In this document: positions 29,142 through 37,346 of the stretch, in pieces
How the letters are laid out: each line of letters begins with the position of its first letter
How positions within the stretch are numbered: the first letter of the stretch is position 1
Origin: a virus
Lineage: Duplodnaviria > Heunggongvirae > Uroviricota > Caudoviricetes
Length of the DNA stretch: 64,000 nucleotides
IMG/VR virus record: IMGVR_UViG_3300035208_005701
Strand: one strand, 5' to 3'
The notes under the pieces: generated by a model
What the model was told of the DNA's origin: nothing
The model's database searches: none
Seen by the model: only the letters and a program-made list of their open reading frames with translations
Translations under genes and position numbers: made by a program

Positions 29142-29185
29142 AAACTGGAGAGGATGTAAATATAATCTTCTCCAGTTTATTTTAC
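29142..29185 (+). terminator. Rho-independent terminator (aaactggagagga ... tcttctccagttt, then tattttac)
   Basis: 13-bp stem with one mismatch, then a T-run, 8 nt after the vWA stop. Confidence 0.55.
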
Positions 29186-29406
29186 AAGGAGGAATTTAAA
29201 ATGACTAAATTAATAATATCGGTGATGGGCATGTATGATTGATGAGAATGATCAGGAGATCTGGGATGAGCAATTTGAGAAGTTAATAAAGGACTTGCCA
29301 CCAGAAACAATGATATCAATTGTGGATTGTCATATATGGATACGTTCTTAGAGTGGCATTCAATGGGTTATATTGTATCTTACTAAGATACCATTTAGTT
29401 TTTATT

Positions 29407-29497
29407 AGAGATAGAAAGGTAACCGCCAACCCAACGGTATTAGGTGATGATCAAAGATGGAATGCAATGATTATATCAGTCCTGCCTTTCTATCTCT
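29407..29497 (+). promoter_or_regulatory. Long inverted repeat (13-bp perfect stem agagatagaaagg / cctttctatctct enclosing about 65 nt) immediately upstream of the GNAT gene. Candidate cis-regulatory RNA or terminator-antiterminator
   Basis: Read directly. The stem is followed by ttattttaaaaGGAGaaaatATG. The enclosed loop contains ccgccaacccaacgg. Confidence 0.3.
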
Positions 29498-29517
29498 TTA
29501 TTTTAAAAGGAGAAAAT

Positions 29518-29985
29518 ATGAAAGTTATAGATCAGTTCATACTGGAATCAGTTAGTAACATTTCTTTACATCCATTTGATGAGAAATTGTATTTAAGTTT
29601 AATAAGTAAACATAATCAACAAGATTCACATGTTGCATTTAGAGTAAATAATTATGATAATGCATATACTATCAAATATGATAATGAAGTATGTGGATTT
29701 ATATCTTTTGTCCGTAGTAATTTTGATAAAAATCAGGCATTTATACAAATTGTTATAATTCGAAAATTTAGAGGAAGAGGTATATTACAAGTATCAGAAG
29801 ATACGGTGGATAAAAATAATAAATTAAAACGATTATTGGCTTCAATTAAAATAAAAAATATAGCATCTATTAAAGCTCATTTAAAAGCAGGGTTTAAGTA
29901 TTTCCCTGAGGATAAACTTAATGAATTAAGATTAAAGAAAAACTTGGATAAGAATATGACGAGATTGTACAAAGATTATAAATAA
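29518..29985 (+). CDS. GNAT-family N-acetyltransferase (start moved to the ATG after AAAAGGAG; the track ORF starts at 29320 and runs through the structured leader)
   Basis: FIQIVIIRKFRGRGILQ (acetyl-CoA motif A, R..G.G) and a ...HLKAGFK tail. Confidence 0.5.
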   Translation: MKVIDQFILESVSNISLHPFDEKLYLSLISKHNQQDSHVAFRVNNYDNAYTIKYDNEVCGFISFVRSNFDKNQAFIQIVIIRKFRGRGILQVSEDTVDKNNKLKRLLASIKIKNIASIKAHLKAGFKYFPEDKLNELRLKKNLDKNMTRLYKDYK

Positions 29986-30020
29986 AATAATTTTATATAT
30001 AATTAAAAGGACAAATAATT

Positions 30021-30295
30021 ATGATTCAAGTAAGAGATATTAAAGAAACTTTTTGCCAATTATTTGATTGCAATGATAATCTTATTGGAACTATAACAAG
30101 TTTTTTATCTTTACAAGATGTCAGATTACAAATAAAAAATTAAATATCAAATATAATTCTGAATACAGTGGCTATTATTTATTGTGGAATGATAAAAAGA
30201 TTTTAATTTTTAATAATGGAACTTTGGAATCATGGCCTTTAGGATTTTTTGATATTATGGATAAGCAGTTAGATGAATTTCTTAATTTGAAATAA
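30021..30295 (+). pseudogene. Decayed copy of the 32639..32914 gene (premature stop after ...LQIKN, then a frameshift)
   Basis: MIQVRDIKETFCQLFDCNDNLIGTITSFLSLQDVRLQIKN* versus the intact MFQIKDIKETTCILFDCNDNIIGTISSFLSLQDVRLQIRNLN.... The tail ...LESWPLGFFDIMDKQLDEFLNLK is recovered in another frame. Confidence 0.6.
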
Positions 30296-30310
30296 TTAAA
30301 AATTTAACAA

Positions 30311-30590
30311 ATGAAATTATATATGTTTGAAGATAAAACACAAGATGAAATTTGGGAAATGATAACAGTTGGGAAGTAAGATTTAATGCTGTGAAAAAGT
30401 TAATTGATCAAGATCGAATTTGGGAAATGAGAAATGATAAAGATTGAGTGGTGAGATTTTCAGTTGTACTTAAATTAACAGATCAAAACAAATCATGACA
30501 GATGAGAAATGATGAACATGAAGGAGTGAGAAGAGAAGTTGAAAAGAAATTAGAAGGAGATTATAAGATAGCTCACTTATTAAGTCTTTA
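30311..30590 (+). pseudogene. Decayed copy of the HEAT-repeat gene 32930..33442 (frameshifts plus two TGG to TGA changes)
   Basis: MKLYMFEDKTQDEIWEM... aligns to MKIYMIENKIQDEIWEM.... It then runs gataaagatTGAgtggtgaga versus the intact gataaaaatTGGtatgtgaga, and caaatcaTGAcagatgagaaatgat versus cggatttGGGaaatgagaaatgat. The C-terminus GDYKIAHLLSL is retained. Confidence 0.65.
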
Positions 30591-30607
30591 ACATAAAGGA
30601 GAATTAA

Positions 30608-30901
30608 ATGCAATCATCAATAGAAACAATTAATTTAAATTTACCTGAATCTAGAATAGGGAAATTTGCAATCAAGAAAAAATTACTTAGAAAAGGATCT
30701 TATTGTGATATTGTTAATAAAAGAGAAGCTTTTTTCACAGGACAAAGATCAACATCAAAAATATTAGAAACAGATTTAATAATAGATGTTCTTTCTGAAA
30801 CAGGTTATGGAACATGGATACATATCCACAAGAATTTCAATATCGAAATGAAAATGGTTATTGGAATGACTTTATGGCTAGATGGTTTTTTAAAGGAATA
30901 G
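30608..30901 (+). pseudogene. Truncated, divergent-tail copy of the first 75 codons of the 33457..34305 methyltransferase-like gene
   Basis: MQSSIETINLNLPESRIGKFAIKKKLLRKGSYCDIVNKREAFFTGQRS...SETGYGTW matches MQIETINLNLPESRIGKFTIKKKLLRKGTYCDIINKREALYTGQKS...SETDYGTW. It then diverges and stops after 97 codons. Confidence 0.5.
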
Positions 30902-31183
30902 ACAAGGAATAAATTGAAAAACTTGTTCCTAAAGAAGGTATACATAAAAATAAAGCACTAGCTGCTGTTGGTGCTATATTAAGATTTTTTGCACCAAAAC
31001 ATGAACATAAAGAAGCTGGTGCAGCTTATCTTATGTCTGAGTGGTTTATAAAACCTGAAATTAATAAATAGAAAGGAGTGATCAAGATGATTAAACTAAT
31101 AGTAGGTTCGGGTCTATTTTTACTGATATTTTCAGTAATATACTTTGTACTACAAAATTACGTTCTAAAAAAGGAGAATAAGA

Positions 31184-31435
31184 GTGAACAGAAGAACTAT
31201 TAAACAGACAGAATCAAAATCAAATGAATTAAGTGATTTAATAACCAAAAAAATAGAGGAGTTCAAGATGCTAACGATTTCAACAAAGATCATTTCATTT
31301 TTAGTAGCAATTGCACTTGCATTAATAATTGCACCGAACATGTATGAAAATGTACCAGTTGGAAAATATCATATTACTCAAAGTCCTTTTACTGGGACAT
31401 TGAGATCCAGAATAAATCCTGGTCCATATATGTAA
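31184..31435 (+). CDS. Small membrane protein (possible NfeD-like partner of the SPFH protein)
   Basis: Single TM segment ISFLVAIALALIIAP; immediately upstream of the SPFH gene. Confidence 0.4.
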   Translation: MNRRTIKQTESKSNELSDLITKKIEEFKMLTISTKIISFLVAIALALIIAPNMYENVPVGKYHITQSPFTGTLRSRINPGPYM

Positions 31436-31447
31436 AATTTTGCACAT

Positions 31448-32569
31448 GTGTATCTATTTCCTGTATCCGAAACATTTTATTTTACAAATGATACAGAAGG
31501 CGGTCATGGTGACTGGAGTATTAAGGTACAATTTAATGATGGTGCTACTGCGAGGATATCTGGTACTTGTCGTATTGGTTTACCAGTTACTAAAGATGAG
31601 GCGTTAGCTTTAGTTACTAAATGGGGATTTAGAACATGGGTTGAAATAGAGGATAAATTATTACTTCCAATAGTTAGAAGAAGTTTAATGATGACTGCTA
31701 ACTTAATGTCATCTAAAGAAAGTTATTCTGATAAACGTGTTGAATTCTTTTCAGCTACATGGGACCAAATTGAAAATGGTATTTATGTTACGAAAGATAT
31801 AACTGAGAAAGTAACTGATCCAATTAGTGGTCAAATTATAACTAAAATAGGCAAGACTCCTTTGATAGATGAAAAGGGTCAGAAGGTTAGAGAACATAAT
31901 CCTTTAAAAGGAACAGGATTAACTCTTTCTAATTTTGAAATAAAAGATTTCATATATGAAGATGTTGTACAGAAACAGATATCATCACAACAAGCTGCGG
32001 TGATGGAAGTTCAGACAGCTAGAGCTAATGCTTTAAAGGCTGATCAGGCTGCTTATACTGCTGAAGCTGAAGGTAAAGCAAAAGTGATGACAGCAAAATA
32101 TGAAATGGAACAAGAGAAAGTTCGTGCTACAGTTGGAGCAGATAAAGAAAGAGAAGTAGCAACAATTAATGCACAGAAATTAGTTGATGTTGCAAATAAA
32201 AATAAAGAACAAGCTTTAGTTCAAGCTTCTCAGGAAAAAGAAGTTGCAGCTATCGGTTTGGAAAAAGCCAAACTAGAGAAACAAACTCAGATAGAATTAG
32301 GTCAAGGAGAATCTGAAAGAAAGAGATTAGTACTTGAAGCTGATGGAGCTCTTGCTCAGAAGTTAGATACACTTGCAAAAATTCATTCCTCATGGGCGGA
32401 TGCTTTCAGTAAGAGACAAGTTCCGTCAATTATGTATGGTGGAGTTGAAGGCGGAACAGATACAAATGCTAATACATTTATGTCTATACTTCAAACTAAG
32501 TTATTGAAAGATCTTTCATTGGATGCTGATATAAAAGGTCAGAATGATAAAAAGATAGAACAGAAGTAA
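31448..32569 (+). CDS. SPFH / band-7 (prohibitin/flotillin/HflK-like) domain protein with a coiled-coil tail
   Basis: Band-7-like N-domain, then a long Ala/Glu/Lys-rich coiled coil (QAAVMEVQTARANALKADQAAYTAEAEGKAKV...). Confidence 0.6.
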   Translation: MYLFPVSETFYFTNDTEGGHGDWSIKVQFNDGATARISGTCRIGLPVTKDEALALVTKWGFRTWVEIEDKLLLPIVRRSLMMTANLMSSKESYSDKRVEFFSATWDQIENGIYVTKDITEKVTDPISGQIITKIGKTPLIDEKGQKVREHNPLKGTGLTLSNFEIKDFIYEDVVQKQISSQQAAVMEVQTARANALKADQAAYTAEAEGKAKVMTAKYEMEQEKVRATVGADKEREVATINAQKLVDVANKNKEQALVQASQEKEVAAIGLEKAKLEKQTQIELGQGESERKRLVLEADGALAQKLDTLAKIHSSWADAFSKRQVPSIMYGGVEGGTDTNANTFMSILQTKLLKDLSLDADIKGQNDKKIEQK

Positions 32570-32638
32570 ATTAATAAAAGAAGGGGTAGGGTTATATGAT
32601 TATAATCCTACTTCTTTATTTGCACTTGAAAGGAAATT

Positions 32639-32914
32639 ATGTTTCAAATTAAAGATATAAAAGAAACTACTTGTATATTGTTTGATTGTAATGATAATAT
32701 TATTGGAACTATATCAAGTTTTTTATCTTTACAAGATGTTAGATTACAAATACGAAATTTAAATATAAAAAATGAATCTAAATATAGCGGTTATTATTTA
32801 TTATGGGATCATATAAAAATTAAAATTTATACTGACGGATCATTAGAATCATGGCCTTTAGGATTTTTTGATATTATGGATAGACAATTAGATGAATTAC
32901 TTGAATTGAAATAA
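32639..32914 (+). CDS. Hypothetical protein (91 aa); intact parent of pseudogene 30021..30295
   Basis: Full-length ORF; the duplicated copy is decayed. Confidence 0.45.
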   Translation: MFQIKDIKETTCILFDCNDNIIGTISSFLSLQDVRLQIRNLNIKNESKYSGYYLLWDHIKIKIYTDGSLESWPLGFFDIMDRQLDELLELK

Positions 32915-32929
32915 TTAAAAATTTAACAA

Positions 32930-33442
32930 ATGAAAATATATATGATAGAAAATAAAATACAAGATGAAATTTGGGAAATGAGAACTGATAACAATTGGTA
33001 TGTGAGATTAGAAGTTGTAAACAAATTAGAAGATCAAAACCGGATTTGGGAAATGAGAAATGATAAAAATTGGTATGTGAGAAGAGAAGTTGTAAGAAAA
33101 TTAGAAGATCAGAACCTAATTTGGGAAATGAGAAATGATGAAAGCTTATGCGTGAGAAGAGAAGTTATACTTAAATTAACTGATCAAAACCGGATTTGGG
33201 AAATGAGAAATGATAAAAATTGGTATGTGAGAAGAGAAGTTGTAAGCAAACTAAAAGATCAAAATCGAATTTTGGAAATGAGCAATGATCAAGATTATGA
33301 TGTGAGAAGAGAAGTTATACTTAAATTAACTGATCAAAACCGAATTTGGGAAATGAGAAATGATGAAAGTGAATATGTGAGAGTAGAAGTTGCAAAGAAA
33401 TTAGAAGGTGATTATAAATTAGCACATTTTTTATTAGAATAA
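32930..33442 (+). CDS. HEAT-like (PBS-lyase-type) repeat protein, six or seven near-identical 23-aa repeats
   Basis: Repeats IWEMRNDKNWYVRREVVRKLEDQNR / IWEMRNDESLCVRREVILKLTDQNR ... (D.N.YVR.EV..KL). Confidence 0.6.
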   Translation: MKIYMIENKIQDEIWEMRTDNNWYVRLEVVNKLEDQNRIWEMRNDKNWYVRREVVRKLEDQNLIWEMRNDESLCVRREVILKLTDQNRIWEMRNDKNWYVRREVVSKLKDQNRILEMSNDQDYDVRREVILKLTDQNRIWEMRNDESEYVRVEVAKKLEGDYKLAHFLLE

Positions 33443-33456
33443 TAAAGGAGAACATA

Positions 33457-34305
33457 ATGCAAATAGAAACAATTAATTTGAATTTACCTGAATCGAGAAT
33501 AGGGAAATTTACAATCAAAAAAAAATTACTTAGAAAAGGAACTTACTGTGATATTATTAATAAAAGAGAAGCTTTATATACAGGGCAAAAATCAAAATCA
33601 AAAATATTAGAAAAAGATTTAATAATAGATGTCCTTTCTGAAACAGATTATGGGACATGGATGACTACATCTCCACAAGAAATTAGACAAATGAGAGAAG
33701 ATATTAAAAATATATCAGGTAAAGTATTAATTGGAGGATTAGGATTGGGAGTTGTTGCTAAATTACTTGATGAAAAACCAGAAGTGACTGATATATTAAT
33801 AGTAGAGCAATCTCAAGAAATTATTGATTTAGTTTTCGACAATCTCAATTTAAAAAAGGCTAGTGTTACAAAGTATGATTTATTTTCTTATTTAGAAAGA
33901 ATTCCATTATCTTTTGATTATGGTTACTATGATATATGGTGTCCTACTGGGGAAGATGTATTATTTACTCATATTCGTCCATTAAGAAAACTTTCTAAAA
34001 AGAGAATTAAAAAAGAAGTTATATGTTGGCAAGAAAAAACTATGATTGGTCAAATGATTTTTAATATATTTTCAACTTTAGAAGTTTCAGATGAAAAGTC
34101 TGGATGGAAAATACTTAATGATGAACAATTTAAAAGAAGTTATAATTTTTCAAGGACGACTTGGCCATTTCAAAATTGGTATAGAACTATTAAGCCAGAT
34201 ATTGAATTTGCTAAAATTATGGCTAAAAATTATGTTAACACATATGTAGATATAGATGAATGGAATAATCAATGGAAGAAGTGGGATTATGAAACAAAGA
34301 ATTGA
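33457..34305 (+). CDS. Putative SAM-dependent methyltransferase-like (Rossmann) protein
   Basis: GKVLIGGLGLGVVAKLL (motif I-like) and ILIVEQSQEIIDL (motif II-like acidic end). Confidence 0.45.
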   Translation: MQIETINLNLPESRIGKFTIKKKLLRKGTYCDIINKREALYTGQKSKSKILEKDLIIDVLSETDYGTWMTTSPQEIRQMREDIKNISGKVLIGGLGLGVVAKLLDEKPEVTDILIVEQSQEIIDLVFDNLNLKKASVTKYDLFSYLERIPLSFDYGYYDIWCPTGEDVLFTHIRPLRKLSKKRIKKEVICWQEKTMIGQMIFNIFSTLEVSDEKSGWKILNDEQFKRSYNFSRTTWPFQNWYRTIKPDIEFAKIMAKNYVNTYVDIDEWNNQWKKWDYETKN

Positions 34306-34456
34306 AAAATGTCCTATTTGTGGGAACAATGTTAAGATTTATTATGAATGTCTTAATTCTCATTTGTATTGTGAATGCGGATTGAAATTTTATGGTCGAA
34401 CACATGACATAGATGATATAATTGATGAATTTAATAATAGAAAATTTAAGAAATGA
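34289..34456 (+). CDS. Small zinc-ribbon protein (start at the internal ATG; alternative start 34256)
   Basis: CPICGNN ... CECG. Confidence 0.35.
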   Translation: MKQRIEKCPICGNNVKIYYECLNSHLYCECGLKFYGRTHDIDDIIDEFNNRKFKK

Positions 34457-34462
34457 GTTAAT

Positions 34463-35014
34463 ATGAAAGATAAAAATATTATTTTAGCTTTAAAAGAATC
34501 GTTAAGATTACAAAATCATTATGCTGAACAATTAAATTCCTGTGATAATGGGCAACGTATGAAATTTAATAATATTGAAGGATGGATAAATAATTTAAAA
34601 TCTACAGGAGTAATTGATAGATTAAATTATTCACATCAACAATTATTTAGAGTTCCAAATGTAAGTTTCAATCCATCAGATGTTTTATTTTTTATTGGGA
34701 CGGGAGATAAAATATGGTTAGACAAATATATTGTCAACATGAATTCAGCAAGATATTATGTTTTTAAAAATAATTTACAATGCGTAACATGTGGAATAAG
34801 TGGAAAAGTATTTTATTTGGAAAAACAACTTATGCAAAAAAATTCAAAAGTTGATAAATTTCATTTTAATTTGTATGCTATTGATGATTATGGGATTGAG
34901 ATTTTGATGACGAAAGATCATATAATTCCATTATCTAAAAAGGGACAAAATAATAAAAAAAATTATCAAACCATGTGTCAAATTTGTAACAGTAAAAAAT
35001 CTAATAACATCTAA
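34463..35014 (+). CDS. HNH endonuclease
   Basis: C-terminal HIIPLSKKGQNNKKNYQTMCQICNSKKSN (H-N-H with CxxC). Also CVTCG upstream. Confidence 0.65.
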   Translation: MKDKNIILALKESLRLQNHYAEQLNSCDNGQRMKFNNIEGWINNLKSTGVIDRLNYSHQQLFRVPNVSFNPSDVLFFIGTGDKIWLDKYIVNMNSARYYVFKNNLQCVTCGISGKVFYLEKQLMQKNSKVDKFHFNLYAIDDYGIEILMTKDHIIPLSKKGQNNKKNYQTMCQICNSKKSNNI

Positions 35015-35077
35015 AATGTTTAATATCAGAAATGATCTGAATAAATATTAAAAATATGGGGCGCATAACAACCTTGC

Positions 35078-35263
35078 TTGATTAAGGAGGCAGTTATGAT
35101 ATCAACCGATTTAATTGAATTCAGTGTACCAGCAATTTTTAGCCCGAGCATTTTGAGACATTTCTTTAATGATTCAAATGAGTTGTTTAAAAGGGAGGAA
35201 GTTGGGGTACCATATGATATCGTTGCTCAGTTAGATGAGAATGATGAAGTTGAATCAAGATAG
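35078..35263 (+). CDS. Hypothetical small protein
   Basis: RBS ttaaggaggcagttATG; ORF only. Confidence 0.25.
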   Translation: MIKEAVMISTDLIEFSVPAIFSPSILRHFFNDSNELFKREEVGVPYDIVAQLDENDEVESR

Positions 35264-35471
35264 AATTTTTGATATTTATAAATATATTGATTCGATGATA
35301 TCATATCAATGCATTAAATATATTTCAGATCCTGATATTTTAATCAGAATAGCTGAAGATCAATCTTATTATAATTTAAAATGTAGATGTCAAGCTATGG
35401 ATAAGATTCGAAGATGTTCATTTTTAGGTAATAAATGTACAGAATATTTAAAAATTAATAAAAATAAATAA
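35235..35471 (+). CDS. Hypothetical small Cys-containing protein
   Basis: ORF only. Confidence 0.25.
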   Translation: MRMMKLNQDRIFDIYKYIDSMISYQCIKYISDPDILIRIAEDQSYYNLKCRCQAMDKIRRCSFLGNKCTEYLKINKNK

Positions 35472-35536
35472 ATTTTAAAATTGGTAAATTTGCAAAGATT
35501 CAATTCAAACAAATTTATTTTTAAAGGAATTTGTTA

Positions 35537-36670
35537 ATGAAAATTGGAAATTTCAATCTAGATATTAATCATATTTCTCAATTTAATGAATTATTGAAAT
35601 CTAAAGAAGAATTAAAATTAAAAAAGGAACTAATAGGAGATGTTGAATTTACTAGTATTTGTTATATGATTGCTCTTCCAAATACATTTGACTCTTTTTT
35701 AAGTAGAGAATGTAGAGGAAGTTTATTTGATTCTAGTGGAAAAATAATATCTCGACCATTTCATAAATTTTTTAATATAGGTGAAAAGGAATTTACTCAA
35801 CCTCATTTATTAAAAGAAATAATTGGATATAAAGAAAAAGTAGATGGGAGTTTAGCTGTTCCAGTACTAGTTAAAAATAAAATTATTTGGAAAACTAAAA
35901 AATCTTTCTATTCAGATGTTGCAAAATATATTAATAAATTTTATTATCCAGAAGATCCATTAGAAGATATTTATAATCCAGATAAAAAATGTAGCCCTAA
36001 TGATACTAAATTAGATTGGACTATTAGAGATTTAATTTCGGAAAATAAAACTCCATTATTTGAATATGTCTCAATCAATAATAGAGTCGTTATTAAGCAT
36101 TTTAAAGAAGAATTGATTTATCTAAATACTAGAGATAATGTTCATGGATATTATTCCAGTATGAGCCATTTTCTTGATGATAAGTTTAATTTAGAAGTTT
36201 TTATAAATGATACTATTAAAAAAGAAGAAATTGAAGGATATGTTTTATATGATGATAATGATTTTTATAAATTAAAGACTAAATGGTATGTAGATAGACA
36301 TAAAGCTATGGATATGATTTCAGTTAGAGATTTAATTGATATAATATTGCAAGATAAATTAGATGATATAATTTCAATCCTTAATAATCTCAATTGCATT
36401 GAAAGAATAAAAATATATCAAAAATATTCAGAGGAAGTATTAAAATATATGATATATTTCGAAACGTTAGCTAAAGAGAAATTATTATATTATGATACTT
36501 TTGATTTAAAAAAATATGCTTCAAATATACAAACAGAAAACCCACCTATGAAATCTTTATTATTTGCAATGAAAAGAAAAGATAATTATGAATTAACTTT
36601 GAAAAAAATTATTGGAAATTATTTTAAAGAAAAGTATAAAGGAAAAGTTATAAAATTCAACGATGAATAA
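35537..36670 (+). CDS. RNA ligase, T4 Rnl1 (RnlA)-like
   Basis: Nucleotidyltransferase motif I YKEKVDGSLAV (T4 RnlA KEDGSL); size 378 aa, close to RnlA. Confidence 0.65.
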   Translation: MKIGNFNLDINHISQFNELLKSKEELKLKKELIGDVEFTSICYMIALPNTFDSFLSRECRGSLFDSSGKIISRPFHKFFNIGEKEFTQPHLLKEIIGYKEKVDGSLAVPVLVKNKIIWKTKKSFYSDVAKYINKFYYPEDPLEDIYNPDKKCSPNDTKLDWTIRDLISENKTPLFEYVSINNRVVIKHFKEELIYLNTRDNVHGYYSSMSHFLDDKFNLEVFINDTIKKEEIEGYVLYDDNDFYKLKTKWYVDRHKAMDMISVRDLIDIILQDKLDDIISILNNLNCIERIKIYQKYSEEVLKYMIYFETLAKEKLLYYDTFDLKKYASNIQTENPPMKSLLFAMKRKDNYELTLKKIIGNYFKEKYKGKVIKFNDE

Positions 36671-36904
36671 AGGAGATATTATGATATATGATTGTGCTGT
36701 TATAATCAGATCAGTATCTTATTGTTATGTTAAAATTAAAGCTAAAAGTTAACAATTAGCTTTAAAAAAAAGCTGAAAAATTATTTAATGAAGGTGACTT
36801 GTATTTTGATAAACCAGATGATGAGAAGCCAGAGTTTTGTATAGTTGATTAATTGAATCTACAGATTTTTAAATTCAATGATGAAGATAAATAAGGAGAT
36901 TAAA

Positions 36905-37330
36905 ATGTCATTATTAATTGCAAAAAAACAAATTTTAAAATTTAATGTAGAGGACATAGATAAATTAACAAGAAAGCTGCCAGTTAAATATAAAAGTTAT
37001 AAAAACTGCTTATGTAAAAAATGTTTTAATTGTACTAGATGTGATCAATGTAATAGGTGCAATTTATGTTTTGATTGTATATTTTGCTCTAACTGTTCTG
37101 TTTGTGTTAATTGTTATGATTGTGAATTATGTTATAAATGTATTGATTGTCTCTTGTGCTGTAAGTGCACGAACTGCAAAGATTGCGAAAATTGTCATTC
37201 ATGTAATTATTGTATTAAATGTTCTAATTGTTTTGGATGTGTCGGATTAATCAATGCAGAATATATGATTTGTAATGTACAATTAACTAAAAAACAATAT
37301 ACAGAAAAAATTAATCGATTGTTTAATTAA
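36905..37330 (+). CDS. Cysteine-repeat protein: about 26 consecutive xxC triplets (CKKCFNCTRCDQCNRCNLCFDCIFCSNCSVCVNCYDCELCYKCIDCLLCCKCTNCKDCENCHSCNYCIKCSNCFGCVG)
   Basis: Read directly. Start moved to the ATG after AAGGAGATTAAA (MSLLIAKKQ...). The overlapping +frame ORF 37041..37250 is an artefact of the 3-codon periodicity. Confidence 0.55.
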   Translation: MSLLIAKKQILKFNVEDIDKLTRKLPVKYKSYKNCLCKKCFNCTRCDQCNRCNLCFDCIFCSNCSVCVNCYDCELCYKCIDCLLCCKCTNCKDCENCHSCNYCIKCSNCFGCVGLINAEYMICNVQLTKKQYTEKINRLFN

Positions 37331-37346
37331 TCAAATGAGGAGTATT

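Noticed and set aside
30311-30590. TGA read as Trp (genetic code 4 / stop-codon reassignment), suggested by two TGG to TGA positions in the HEAT pseudogene and the in-frame TGA at 49496
   Set aside because: TGA is used as the stop at several well-formed gene ends (8580, 9911, 14278, 23168, and the ATGA overlaps). TGG Trp codons are abundant in conserved motifs. The HEAT copy also has frameshifts. Ordinary decay explains it.
37041-37250. +strand ORF overlapping the Cys-repeat gene in another frame (VLIV/NVLIV repeats)
   Set aside because: It is produced by the strict 9-nt periodicity of the xxC repeat. It has no start context and is nested in the real gene.
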